A stretch of DNA of 63,538 bases, filler included, from Octopus bimaculoides (GCF_001194135.2; 7 parts of 7 records of this genome joined end to end with filler, not necessarily neighbours in it), one strand, 5' to 3'; positions 11,642-24,603 are shown, numbered from the whole stretch's first letter. The notes: generated by a model from the sequence alone, not told the origin. Translations and numbers: made by a program.

Positions 11642-11997
11642 GTTGTTGTTGTTTAACCCCAGGTCAATCCTGATCCAGCTGACCTATGATGAAAGATGTT
11701 CCAGCTGTGACCATCCTGTCTTTCATTCAGACATAGTGTATCTAGGACTACATTATCTAATGTGTCCTTCCTTGCTCAGCCCCAAGTCAGTCCTGATCCA
11801 GACAGACCTATGATCAGTGATGTTCCAGCTGTGACCATCCTGTCTTTCATTCAGGCATAGTGTACCTAGGACTACATTATTTAATGTGTCTTTCCTTGTT
11901 GTTGTTTAACCCCTGGTCAGTCCTGGTCCAGACAGACCTATGATCAAAGATGCTCCAGCTGTTACCATCCTGTCTTTTATTCAGACATAGTGTATCT
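11642..11997 (-). repeat. Inverted array of the same ~130-bp unit (~2.7 copies)
   Basis: Reverse complement of the 9372-9777 unit (ttccagctgtgaccatcctgtctt...ctaggactacatt) repeated about three times. Confidence 0.9.
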
Positions 11998-11999
11998 TT

Positions 12000-12270
12000 T
12001 GCCAAACTGTTAAGCTATGGGGATGTAAACACACCAACATCGGTTGTCATGCAATGGTGTGGGGGACAAACACAGACACAAAGACACACACACATATATA
12101 TATATATATACAACGGGCTTCTTTCAGTTTCTGTCTACCAAATCCACTAACAAGGCTTTGATCAGCCCAAGGCTATAACAGAAGACACTTGCCCAAGATG
12201 CCATGCAGTGGGACTGAACCTGGAACCATGTGGTTAGGAAGCAAGCTTCTTACCGTACAGCCACACCTCT
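12000..12270 (-). mobile_element. SINE family A (internally deleted)
   Basis: Reverse complement of the family A head and body (gaagacacttgcccaag, gggactgaacc, accatgtggtt). Confidence 0.8.
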
Positions 12271-12379
12271 GGATTCTTCTTCCAAATCTTAATGTAATAA
12301 AATATCAACTATTTTCCCCAACACATTTCCATCACCATCATCTGTCTCTCTCTCTCTAGCAAGAGACCTATATCCATCC

Positions 12380-13357
12380 CCTCTATACCTCTCTGAACTG
12401 GCACAAAGCTAACCCCACCTCAATACTACTCTCCCCACTCCCGCTTGAGGGATTTTTGTCTTGCAGGTACTTGATGACCCTGTTGGTGCTGGTTTCATAT
12501 AAAAAGCTGACGCTATGTAAAAAGCATTGGTGCTGGTGCCAAATAAAAAGCACTGGTGATGGTGCCACATGGAAAGAACTGGTGAGGGTGCCACATTAAA
12601 AGCATTGGTGATGGTGCCACATAAAAAGCACTGGTGATGGTGCCACATAAAAAGCATTGGTGATGGTGCCACATAAAAAGCACTGGTGATGGTGCCACAT
12701 AAAAAGCACTGGTGATGGTGCCACATTAAAAGCATNNNNNNNNNNNNNNNNNNNNNNNNNNNNNNNNNNNNNNNNNNNNNNNNNNNNNNNNNNNNNNNNN
12801 NNNNNNNNNNNNNNNNNNNNNNNNNNNNNNNNNNNNNNNNNNNNNNNNNNNNNNNNNNNNNNNNNNNNNNNNNNNNNNNNNNNNNNNNNNNNNNNNNNNN
12901 NNNNNNNNNNNTAAAAGCATTGGTGATGGTGCCACATAAAAAGCACTGGTGATGGTGCCACATAAAAAGCATTGGTGATGGTGCCACATAAAAAGCACTG
13001 GTGATGGTGCCACATAAAAAGCACTGGTGATGGTGCCACATTAAAAGCATTGGTGATGGTGCCACATAAAAAGCACTGATGTCGATGCCATATAAAAAGC
13101 CCTGGCAATGGTGTCACACAAAATGCACTGGTGTGTCACGTAAAAAGTACCGGTGCTGGTGTCGCATAAAAAGCACTGTTGCTGGTACCACGCAAAAAGT
13201 ACCCCGTATATTCTGTAAAGAGGTTGGTGTTAGGAAGAGCAACCATCTGTAGAAACCATATCAAAACAAACAACAGAACCTGGTGAGACCCCTGGCCTTG
13301 CCAGCTCCTGTCAAACCATCCAACTCATGTCAGCATGGAAAAGGGACATTAAATGAC
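12380..13357 (+). mobile_element. RTE-related 3' region containing a 26-bp minisatellite
   Basis: (TAAAAAGCAYTGGTGATGGTGCCACA)n at ~12500-13210 spans a gap. It is followed by the RTE-type tail ttaggaagagcaaccatctgtagaaac...cagcatggaaaagggacattaaatga. Confidence 0.65.
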
Positions 13358-13625
13358 ATCATCATCATCATCATTTAACGTCCGCTTTCCATGCTGGCAT
13401 GGGTTGGACTGTTCGACTGAGGACTGGTGAAACCAGATGGCTACACCAGGCTCCAATCTGATTTGGCAGAGTTTCTACAGCTGGATGCCCTTCCTAACGC
13501 CAACCACTCCGAGAGTGTAGTGGGTGCTTTTACGTGCCACTGACATGAAGGCCAGTCAGGCGGTACTGGCAACGGCCACGCTCAAAATGGTGTATTTTAT
13601 GTGCCACCTGCACAAGTGCCAGGAA
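13358..13625 (-). mobile_element. RTE-type LINE/SINE 3' end, tail-to-tail with the previous element
   Basis: Reverse complement reads ttaggaagggcatccagctgtagaaac...catgccagcatggaaagcggacgttaaatgatgatgat, a Rex3/Expander-like RTE tail. Confidence 0.7.
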
Positions 13626-13860
13626 GGCGACGATAATGATATATTGGACAGTAGAGTTCTTTTCCTAATATTCAAGAAAAATGGGATGGTGACAACTGGA
13701 AATCCTTTCGTCATAGGTATCCAACATCCCTAGATCATCCCAGATTATTAGGGATAATCTAGGACTAGACAACAACTACCAAACACTAGAGTGGCTGTGG
13801 GAAGAACTACAGACACCCTCCTCACCCATGTTTTAATTTGTACTGAGTTACCATTCTCCT

Positions 13861-14250
13861 GTGGAGGCGCAATGGCCCAGTGGTTAGGGCAGCAGACTCG
13901 TGGTCATAGGATCGCAGTTTCGATTCCCAGACCGGGCGTTGTGAGTGTTTATTGAGCGAAAACACCTAAAAGCTCCACGAGGCTCCGGCAGGGGATGGTG
14001 GCGAACCCTGCTGTACTCTTTCACCACAACTTTCTCTCACTCTTTCTTCCTGTTTCTGTTGTGCCTGTAATTCAAAGGGGTCAGCCTTGTCACACTCTGT
14101 GTCACGCTGAATATCCCCCGAGAACTACGTTAAGGGTACACGTGTCTGTGGAGTGCTCAGCCACTTGCACGTTAATTTCACGAGCAGGCTGTTCCGTTGG
14201 TCGGATCAACTGGAACCCTTGACGTCGTAAGCGACCGAGTGCCACCAGCA
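13861..14250 (+). mobile_element. tRNA-derived SINE family B, full length with TSD
   Basis: GGAGGCGCAATGGCCCAGTGGTTAGGGCAG head. 11-bp TSD ACCATTCTCCT at 13850-13860 and 14251-14261. Near-identical copies at 35653 and 42865. Confidence 0.9.
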
Positions 14251-14333
14251 ACCATTCTCCTAGGCAGGCTACCTTCATGTAGTTCTCCATCTCTTCCATT
14301 TGTTCCTCATCAGAATTTCTTTTTATATTTCAG

Positions 14334-14482
14334 TCGGAATTCCACAAGTGAAAATGCCAAGTGGAGCAACAAACTCTGCTAGTGTTTACGTCCACCCAAG
14401 CTTAGCTACCTGCTGTGATCTGGTGCCAAGATCTAGCCACGCTGTCACCGACACTAAATGTGTGAACTGCAACAAACTAGAG
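14334..14482 (+). CDS. Candidate internal coding exon of an unidentified host gene
   Basis: Strong acceptor tttctttttatatttcAG and donor GAG|gtcagt. Only one frame is open: (x)GIPQVKMPSGATNSASVYVHPSLATCCDLVPRSSHAVTDTKCVNCNKLE. Single-copy within the window; no family recognised. Confidence 0.4.
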
Positions 14483-14631
14483 GTCAGTGGCATGCTTTTT
14501 CTGCATCGTACTCAGTTTTACTTTCACTTTCACAATGTCATTCCCTGAAGAGGGTTATAAAGGGATGTAGCCATGTTTCATGATTGATCTCGGGGATATA
14601 AGAGGGATGTAACAAGATCAGTTGTCATTAT

Positions 14632-15177
14632 TTAACTCCAGTTGAATATCCCTTTAATCAAAGTCCAATCTAACGACTGATGCTGTACTTTGTTTTGTCT
14701 TGGTATAAAAGATGGGAAAATACAGCAAATATTCTGCTGAATACCACAGATTTGCTTGTCAGTTGTTTGACTGTAACCAGTTGAGCATGTCCCTTGGTGG
14801 CTGACGATATGTGCATCTCTGATCACGAGCAGAAGTAGTGGGGGAGCATCATAGCTATATATGTTGAGAGGAATTCTTTGGGGGTTTGAATAATTCACCT
14901 TTGGAAACATGGGTGTTTTGCTCAACATCCTTAAACGACCCTTATTCAGGGACCTTTTGAGTGGGATGGGCTACTCGATCTGAAGAAAATTCTAACTGGG
15001 CCCCACCTGCGAGGTGATGCGCTGTTTATCTTGACATGAGATCACCGTGTCACGCACATATGGTTGTGATGCATGTGTCTAATGTACCCTTATCAGACGG
15101 GTAGTCATGATGGGTAGAATGGGCTTCGTATATTTTACCCCAGTGTCACTTTGATGGCATGCACTGCTCTCTCACTC

Positions 15178-15213
<36 letters not shown>
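14632..15213 (+). mobile_element. Probable LINE 3' UTR-type repeat ending in (AAT)n
   Basis: Non-coding, ends gcactgctctctcactc followed by (AAT)~12. Family not established. Confidence 0.4.
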
Positions 15214-15214
<1 letters not shown>

Positions 15215-15410
15215 GAAACTGGCAAAATGTGGAACCTGAAAACTAAAACAATACCTGTTGTCATAGGTGCCCTAGGAATGATAGCAAAAGGGGCTGATTG
15301 CTACCAGGAAACCCCAGAATGGCAGAAATTCAAATGATAGTACTCATGGGAACTGCGCATATCCTACGTAAAATACTGTCTATGTGATCTCAAATTTTAA
15401 AACAACAGCT
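15214..15410 (+). pseudogene. R4/Dong-like non-LTR retrotransposon C-terminal fragment (end of the restriction-like endonuclease, REL)
   Basis: KMWNLKTKTIPVVIGALGM..., then EIQxIVLMGTAHILRKILSM*, the typical C-terminus of REL-encoding elements. Confidence 0.75.
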
Positions 15411-15661
15411 ATGCTTGCCCCTTCTGATCACACTGTAGCTTCTCAATACCAGGCCGGCATCAGGGAGGGCAATCTAACCAAAGAAGATACCGGAGCATGG
15501 TGCAGTGTTTGGACTCATCAGTTCCTGTCAGACCGTCCGACCCATGCCAGCTTGAAACAAGGACGTTAAATGATGATGGTGATGATGATGATGATAATGA
15601 TGATATTACACATACACACACTCATATATGCATACACGCACATATATACACACATATAAGC

Positions 15662-15707
<46 letters not shown>

Positions 15708-15854
15708 GTATATAACACACACTACATATCCAATAAGTTTTACACACAGTATATACATACATAGTCATACACACACACTTATATGCATACACATGTGTAC
15801 ATTATACTGACACTGTACACAAATATACAGTCTACAAACAGTATACACACATAT

Positions 15855-15899
<45 letters not shown>

Positions 15900-16197
15900 C
15901 ACTCAATTATAGACAATATAATAATTTTTCAATTGATTTAATAAAACCTTTGATGTTTTTTGATATTGGATATTAAATGTGTTAATATAGATGGTTTTAT
16001 GTGTGTATGTGTGTGTGTGTGTCTGTATATTTAATGTAATATATATGCATGTGTATGAAAGTGTATGAAAGTGTATGTTCATATATATATACACGTGTAT
16101 GTTTGTATGTATACATATTAATATAGTTGGCTTTGTGTGTGTATTTAATGTAATATATATACATGCATATGTATGCATATATATGAAAGTATATGTA

Positions 16198-16248
<51 letters not shown>

Positions 16249-16811
16249 TCATGAATATGTATGTATGTATATGCGTGTATACATGTGTATATGTGTGTGT
16301 GTATGTGTAAAATATATATACATAAAGATCACACACACCTACTCACACATGAATATAAATATGTATGTGTGTGTGTGCATGCGCGTTAGTCTCTCTTCCA
16401 TTACTTCCTCCTCTGCCACCCTCCCACTTCAATCATTCCGTCTCTCCCACCTTGCGCTTCTTTCACCCTTTCACCTTGGTTCTTTCGCGCCCCCGCTCTC
16501 TCTCTCTCTCTCTCTCTCTCTCTTCATAGTCATGTGGTTACCTCTAACAAACTGTGATACCGTAGCATGATAAGGGCTCATTAGTGTTTCACAATAAAAG
16601 CTAGCCTTTAATGCCTCTGGTGCCACAATTTTAATAACACCCATTTACAAGCGTAAAGTGCTGGAGGGGGGGGGGGAAGAAATCTAACTCAAACTGAAAA
16701 TTATGAGTGAGTTGTAGTTGTCTGACCTATGTAGGAATGTAGTAATGGCTCACCTAACCCATGCCAGCATGGAAGACAGACATAAGAGGATAATAATGAT
16801 GATGAGGATGA

Positions 16812-17100
16812 TTACTACCTCCACCTTAGCGAAGGCAGAGGTTTTGTTTTCAGTTGTGTTTGTTTGTTTGTTTGTTTGTTTGCCCGTGGACAAGATATCT
16901 CAAGAACCGCTGGATGGATTCAGATGAAACTTTCAGGGATGTTTGGCCTTGTGACTGGCACGAAATGATTAGATTTTGGGATCAATCCAGTACCAGACAA
17001 GGATTCTGGATGATTTTTTTTCCAGTTTTTTTTAAAAACTTAATTTTTGAGAGTGGTTGAGTTCATTTTTAGTACACTTGTTTGTGAGAGCAGTCGAGTT
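16812..17100 (+). mobile_element. HINE/DINE-like non-autonomous Helentron-associated element
   Basis: Starts TTACTACCTCCACCTTAGCGAAGGCAGAGG (short hairpin), then a (GTTT)n microsatellite and gatatctcaagaaccgctggatggattcagatgaaactt, the usual DINE-like layout. Confidence 0.55.
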
Positions 17101-17214
17101 TATTTATATATGGATATATAAGGGTTACGAAGGGTAATGGAGTCAACCAAACCCTAAAAATACAGGTAATACCGAGTAAGTGCTGTATATCGACTACTTT
17201 TGCCCCTGGATGGA

Positions 17215-17438
17215 ATCGTGAAATTGGGAGTCTGATTCTAGACCAGGCTGTATATTGTGTTCTTGAGCAAGACACTTTATTTCACGTTGCTCCAGTTCAC
17301 TCAGCTGTAGAAATGAGTTGTGACATCACTGGTGCCCAGCTGTATCGGCCCCTTTGCCTTTGCTTTGGATAACATTGGTGGTATGGAGAAGGAAGGCTGG
17401 TATGCATGGGTGAGTGCCTGGACTTGTGCCTTGGAGGG
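17215..17438 (+). mobile_element. CORE-type SINE family D, 5'-degraded, ends in gap
   Basis: gtgttcttgagcaagacactttatttcacgttgctccagttcactcagctg core, homologous to the minus-strand copy at 23937-24274. Confidence 0.75.
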
Positions 17439-17897
17439 NNNNNNNNNNNNNNNNNNNNNNNNNNNNNNNNNNNNNNNNNNNNNNNNNNNNNNNNNNNNNN
17501 NNNNNNNNNNNNNNNNNNNNNNNNNNNNNNNNNNNNNNNNNNNNNNNNNNNNNNNNNNNNNNNNNNNNNNNNNNNNNNNNNNNNNNNNNNNNNNNNNNNN
17601 NNNNNNNNNNNNNNNNNNNNNNNNNNNNNNNNNNNNNNNNNNNNNNNNNNNNNNNNNNNNNNNNNNNNNNNNNNNNNNNNNNNNNNNNNNNNNNNNNNNN
17701 NNNNNNNNNNNNNNNNNNNNNNNNNNNNNNNNNNNNNNNNNNNNNNNNNNNNNNNNNNNNNNNNNNNNNNNNNNNNNNNNNNNNNNNNNNNNNNNNNNNN
17801 NNNNNNNNNNNNNNNNNNNNAATGATGATGATGATGATGATGATGATGGTGATGATGATGGTGGTGGTGGTGGTGATGATGATGGTGGTGGTGGTGG

Positions 17898-17956
<59 letters not shown>

Positions 17957-17999
17957 GTGGTGATGATGAAGATGATGATGATGATGATGATGTTGTTTG

Positions 18000-18243
18000 T
18001 GTGTGTAGGTGTGTGTGTGTGCATGTGTCTTTGTGTCTGTGTTTGCCTCCCACCATCACTTGACAATTGGTGTTGGTGTGTTTATGTCCCCTTAATTTAG
18101 CAGTTCGGCAAGAGACACCGACAGAATAAGTACCAGGCTTTAAAAGAAAATGTACTGGGTTCGATTCATTCGACTAAAATTCCTCAAGGCGGTGCCCCAG
18201 CATGGCCGTAGTCAAAAGACTGAAACAAGTGAAAGATGAAAGA
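18000..18243 (+). mobile_element. SINE family A, 3' half
   Basis: Matches the family A tail (ttgacaattggtgttggtgtgttt...ggcggtgccccagcatggccg). Confidence 0.8.
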
Positions 18244-18512
18244 TATGATGCGTGTATTTATGCATGAGTTTATGTGTGTGGTGTGTATGTATGTGTGATG
18301 TGTGGTGTGTGTGTGTAAGTGTATATACATACACACAAGCACACACATTTATATAGGCACATTTCTATATAAGTGTATATCTGTGTGTGTGTGTGCATGT
18401 GTATGCCTAAATACACAATGTCTGCGTGTGTGTATGTGTGTATATATATATATATACATATACATGTGTATATATATATATTTGTGTGTGTGTGTGTGTG
18501 TGTATGTATATA

Positions 18513-18578
<66 letters not shown>

Positions 18579-18995
18579 TGTATGTATGTATGATGCAAGT
18601 CGTTGGAATGCCTTTGAAGATTTCTGATAGGCACGGTGGTATTGGTGGTGGTGGTGGTGGTGGTAATGGTAGTGGGGAAAATATTGATGATGGTGGTGAT
18701 GTTGATGGTGCTGATGATGCTGGTTATGATAATATTGTTGTTGTTGTTAGTGGTGGTTGGTGGTGGTGGTGGTGATAGTGGCGGCAGTGGTGGTGAAGGC
18801 TATGATGATGATGATGATGATGGCAGTGGTCATGGTGGTGAAGAGGTAATAATGCGGATAGTGTGGACACCTTATCAATAGCGCCTATGTAGATTCAATT
18901 CAGGATATCAAAAACTGTGTAAAAAGTCTGGGGTGTTGGCTGTACTCTGGGTACTGAAGGGTGGTGGAGGGGTGAGGTGGGAATAGGTTGGAGGA

Positions 18996-19034
<39 letters not shown>

Positions 19035-19867
19035 GATGGTGGTGGTGGTGGTGATGGTTGGTGTCTAGGGGGTTGCTGTAAAAAGATATGATGGGTAGCA
19101 AGAATGCCTGTGTGGTGATGAGGGTAGGAAACGGGTGGATGAAGTAGAAGGAGGGAGGGAAGCGCAGACACACTTTCTACCCTTTTTTTCCCCCCCAGCN
19201 NNNNNNNNNNNNNNNNNNNNNNNNNNNNNNNNNNNNNNNNNNNNNNNNNNNNNNNNNNNNNNNNNNNNNNNNNNNNNNNNNNNNNNNNNNNNNNNNNNNN
19301 NNNNNNNNNNNNNNNNNNNNNNNNNNNNNNNNNNNNNNNNNNNNNNNNNNNNNNNNNNNNNNNNNNNNNNNNNNNNNNNNNNNNNNNNNNNNNNNNNNNN
19401 NNNNNNNNNNNNNNNNNNNNNNNNNNNNNNNNNNNNNNNNNNNNNNNNNNNNNNNNNNNNNNNNNNNNNNNNNNNNNNNNNNNNNNNNNNNNNNNNNNNN
19501 NNNNNNNNNNNNNNNNNNNNNNNNNNNNNNNNNNNNNNNNNNNNNNNNNNNNNNGGTGGTGGTGGTGGTGGTGGTGGTGGTGGTGTGTTCTGTGTTTTTC
19601 ACACTATTAACTTCCATGTGAGGTGTGCATGTGTGTGTGTGTGTGTGTATGTCTATGTGTTGTACGTTTGTGTGTGTGTACATGAATGTATATATGCATG
19701 TGTGTCTGTGTATCTATGAATGTATGTGTATGTGTGAGTATATGTATATATGAATGTGTGTATGTATATGTGTGTGTGTATGTCCATGCGTGTATGTATG
19801 TATATATGTATGACTGTAGATGTTGAGGATATTTATGCATATATGAATGTATATATGAATGTGTGTT

Positions 19868-19945
<78 letters not shown>

Positions 19946-20175
19946 CATATATATATATATATATTTGTATATGTTCTGTATAGAAGCATGTGTTTATAAT
20001 ATATGTGTATTTATGTGTGTGAGCTTATACATATGTGTGTGTGTGTTCCTGTGTATGTTCATGCATGTATGTATCTATGTGTGTATACGTAGACATGTAT
20101 ACACATGTGTTGTCTGCATCATTATCTATATATAGATATAGCTACATGCACATATATACATAAATAAATGTGCTT

Positions 20176-20303
20176 ACCAACCACATGGTTCCGGGTTCAG
20201 TCCCACTGCGTGATATCTTGGGCAAGTGTCTTCTACTATAGCCTCGGGCTGACCAAAGCCTTGTGAGTGGATTTGGTAGACGGAAACTGAAAGAAGCACG
20301 TCA
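20176..20303 (+). mobile_element. SINE family A, 5' half
   Basis: ccaaccacatggttccgggttcagtcccactgcg...gacggaaactgaaagaagc. Confidence 0.8.
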
Positions 20304-20305
20304 TA

Positions 20306-20338
<33 letters not shown>

Positions 20339-20438
20339 NNNNNNNNNNNNNNNNNNNNNNNNNNNNNNNNNNNNNNNNNNNNTTAATTAATTAANNNNNN
20401 NNNNNNNNNNNNNNNNNNNNNNNNNNNNNNNNNNNNNN

Positions 20439-20477
<39 letters not shown>

Positions 20478-20973
20478 TGTGTGTGTGTGTGTGTGTGTAT
20501 GCGTGTGTGTGTGTGCGCGTGTGTGTGTGTCTGTGTGTTCATATGTATAAATGCGTGAATGCATACGTGTATGTGTATAAATCTATGTATGTATGAATGA
20601 ATGCCTGTATGTATGAATGCTTATTCGTGTATCTACGTACATGACCGTGTGTATAAATGTGTGTGTGTCTGTGTGTGTGTAGATGCGTATAAATGTATGT
20701 ATATGTATATGAGTATAAATGTATATATATGCAAAGATATGTGTATATATAAAAATATACGTGTGTGTGCGTGCGTGTGTCTATATGTAGATTTGTACAA
20801 TGCTTGGTTGTACATCTGTATTTGTATATATATATATATGTATATTTGTATATATCCATATACGAAAGTGTGCATAAATAGGTTTATGTATATGTATTAC
20901 GAATGTTCTATGTTTGCATGTGGATATATACGTTTGTACATATGTATGTATGCTTGATTATATGTACGCGCAC

Positions 20974-21014
<41 letters not shown>

Positions 21015-22010
21015 TACACGTTAGTATATTAGCATGTAGATAAGTATGTTTGAATGTGTATAAGCATGTATGTTTGTATGCATATGAATATGTAGGTTTG
21101 TAAGTATGTGTGTTTGCAAATATATATATGTATGGATATATATATANNNNNNNNNNNNNNNNNNNNNNNNNNNNNNNNNNNNNNNNNNNNNNNNNNNNNN
21201 NNNNNNNNNNNNNNNNNNNNNNNNNNNNNNNNNNNNNNNNNNNNNNNNNNNNNNNNNNNNNNNNNNNNNNNNNNNNNNNNNNNNNNNNNNNNNNNNNNNN
21301 NNNNNNNNNNNNNNNNNNNNNNNNNNNNNNNNNNNNNNNNNNNNNNNNNNNNNNNNNNNNNNNNNNNNNNNNNNNNNNNNNNNNNNNNNNNNNNNNNNNN
21401 NNNNNNNNNNNNNNNNNNNNNNNNNNNNNNNNNNNNNNNNNNNNNNNNNNNNNNNNNNNNNNNNNNNNNNNNNNNNNNNNNNNNNNNNNNNNNNNNNNNN
21501 NNNNNNNNNNNNNNNNNNNNNNNNNNNNNNNNNNNNNNNNNNNNNNNNNNNNNNNNNNNNNNNNNNNNNNNNNNNNNNNNNNNNNNNNNNNNNNNNNNNN
21601 NNNNNNNNNNNNNNNNNNNNNNNNNNNNNNNNNNNNNNNNNNNNNNNNNNNNNNNNNNNNNNNNNNNNNNNNNNNNNNNNNNNNNNNNNNNNNNNNNNNN
21701 NNNNNNNNNNNNNNNNNNNNNNNNNNNNNNNNNNNNNNNNNNNNNNNNNNNNNNNNNNNNNNNNNNNNNNNNNNNNNNNNNNNNNNNNNNNNNNNNNNNN
21801 NNNNNNNNNNNNNNNNNNNNNNNNNNNNNNNNNNNNNNNNNNNNNNNNNNNNNNNNNNNNNNNNNNNNNNNNNNNNNNNNNNNNNNNNNNNNNNNNNNNN
21901 NNNNNNNNNNNNNNNNNNNNNNNNNNNNNNNNNNNNNNNNNNNNNNNNNNNNNNNNNNNNNNNNNNNNNNNNNNNNNNNNNNNNNNNNNNNNNNNNNNNN
22001 NNNNNNNNNN

Positions 22011-22054
<44 letters not shown>

Positions 22055-22129
22055 CACACGTACATAGATACATTATTGTCCGTTTACTTTAATCCATAAA
22101 TCACTGAGGTGCAAGCACTGTTAGCAGAA

Positions 22130-22410
22130 ACCCCTGCAGTGTGCATTATCACTGCAGAGATGTTGAAGGCAAGTGGCGAAAACATGATCCAGTGACTCAC
22201 TCACATCCTCAACTATGTATGGTATCAGAGTGACTCTCAAATGACTGGACCCGGGGCATCATCCTCCCCTTCTGGAAACGGAAGGGCGACAAACTCGTCT
22301 GCAGCAACAATAGAGGCATCACCCTCCTCTTGCATCCCGGGCAAGCTCTTCACCAAGATCTTCCTCAGCCGTGCCTTTCTTGCAGACATTGCCAACATGA
22401 AGCAGAATTC
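22130..22410 (+). pseudogene. RTE-clade LINE ORF fragment (pre-RT region)
   Basis: TAEMLKASGE...ILNYVW, then after a frameshift [29 protein letters not shown]...PGKLFTKI. Confidence 0.8.
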
Positions 22411-23802
22411 ATGCTGGATGTATGTTTATATGAATGCATAAATGTTTATACTTATGCATGTACGTTTATATGTATGCAGGCATGGAAGAATAGGCTCAGG
22501 CAGGCTGTTGCATTCAGTCAGCAGACGACCGGTCATTTTTTCCTGTAGGTAGTTGGCTTTGGTTTTACTATCAGGTTTGTTTCTATGCCAAAGTCAACAT
22601 ACTTGGTGTATTTATAACTTCCTTGATAACTTTCTGACAAAAATCGATGATACAGCCCTTATAAAAATCTCTTTCCTATCTTGAAGTCTCAAACCTATCA
22701 CGATAAACGTAATACTGTATGTTTTTACTATAATTCACAAACAATTAGTATCTAACATTTCTTCTAGCTATATTATATCCTGATGAAGTTACATTCTTTT
22801 CCCATTCCAGATCTTTTCTTTACATTTTTGATACTCGCCGATTAGAAGCGGGTGGCTGAATTCTTCAACTATGCATGCTTTTAGTTTTAGATCCCAACAG
22901 CAACAATATTAGGTCAGTTATGTTTAAATTTGTTCGTTCCACCAATGATATTTTGGTCTATCGTCTGAATATGTTCTTCATTAATCGTTGTTATTTCTTA
23001 CTTTATTCTATATTACTCTGGCTAACACATGTTGCATGATGTAAAGATTACATCGAGAGGACGTTCGTTCAAAATTGATAATGACAACGTTAATGTTTTC
23101 GGTTTCCATCGCTTAGAAATGTTATTAGCTGTAGCATTTTAAAATTTGCAAAGATTAGTTACTCCTGGGTTGCATTGAGGTAAGCTTTCGAGTAAGATAT
23201 TATAAACTTGCTCGGGTTTCCTGCTGGTCTTTTGTTATAGTTTATACCAGCTATGATCTAAGTTTTCATTTCAAGTACTCATGGTCTATACATATGCGAT
23301 ATAAAAACACATAGAATACTGCTTAAATCCTTTTATCTTGTTTGTTTGATTGTGTGTGCGTTGTTGTTGTCTAGCAACTACTCAATAAGGTAGATAAGTA
23401 TTCTATTGTTTCTTTATGAAAATTCAGAGGTTGTATATCTGTATATAATTAAATACTTATTTTTCCTTCATTATTATGATTGTGTGTTACTTTCACTTTT
23501 ACTTGTTCCGCCTTGAGGCACTTACCATCATGAAGCATTGCCATTGGTATGATTAGTTTACATCTTGGCATTACACAGTCTGACGTAACCGGATTTCGAT
23601 GCTGTATTCACAATTTATCAGTACTTTTGTGTTTTTGTAGTGATATGAAATTACTACTAAATTACAAATACATTTTCAAGATCCGGTTTTGTTGGAATTC
23701 CAATGGCATTTATGGTTTCCTATAGCAACTTTTAAACATTTCTATCAATCAATAATTCCAATCAATCAATAATTCCAATGAATCAATCACCCAAGCAAGC
23801 TG

Positions 23803-23855
<53 letters not shown>

Positions 23856-23877
23856 TTTATTCTTTCCCGCTCCCTCT

Positions 23878-23929
<52 letters not shown>

Positions 23930-23936
23930 ATAATTT

Positions 23937-24274
23937 AAGGGGTAAAGACCACCTTCGGTCATGAATGACCATGGGATTGCATCTAGAAATTTCTCCTCCC
24001 AGACACAAGTCTGGACAAGGTTGTTTATGGAAGACCAGCAGTCGCCCATGCATACCAGCCTTTCCTCTCTTCGCCACTGGTGTCATCCAAGGGAAATGTA
24101 AAGGCCGATACAGCTTGGCACCAGTGACGTTGCAAGCCATTTCTACATCTGAGTGAACTGGAGCAACGTGAAATGTCTTGCTTAAGAGCACGACATAAAA
24201 CCTGATCCGCGAATCGATCTTACAACCTCACGATTGTGAGTACGAGATTCTAACCACTGAGCCATGCGCCTTCA
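23937..24274 (-). mobile_element. CORE-type SINE family D, full length
   Basis: Minus strand: gaaggcgcatggctcagtggttagaatctcg tRNA-like head, CORE-like cacgttgctccagttcactcag and an RTE-like tail. Confidence 0.8.
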
Positions 24275-24287
24275 TGCGCCTTCATGC

Positions 24288-24326
<39 letters not shown>

Positions 24327-24603
24327 ACAAAGAGGCAAACACACACACACATATACACACATGTATGCAGAAAAATATTCAGTACGTTTTACAGAGTATA
24401 TGTTAAGCTTACTTTTAGAAGAAGAGGAGTGACAGTGATTTCGAAGTCGAAATTTCGTCGAACGAAGTCTAGCTGACAACTTGAGCTTGTTTTTGTTGTT
24501 AACATTACAGTCAGAATCGCAGAAAGGTGGAACATATAGCACAACGCATCTAACCCGACTCTCTAACAGTTCCACCTATTTTCCTCTCTGAAATGATTAT
24601 TTT

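Noticed and set aside
12500-13210. 26-bp array as a CRISPR-like locus
   Set aside because: The units are contiguous with no unique spacers, there are no cas genes, and the context is eukaryotic; it is a minisatellite.
20383-20394. TTAATTAATTAA islands inside N runs (also 35506, 43215, 50339, 52916, 61637)
   Set aside because: The identical 12-mer, with stops in all six frames, sits centred in N padding each time: a scaffolding linker, not biology.
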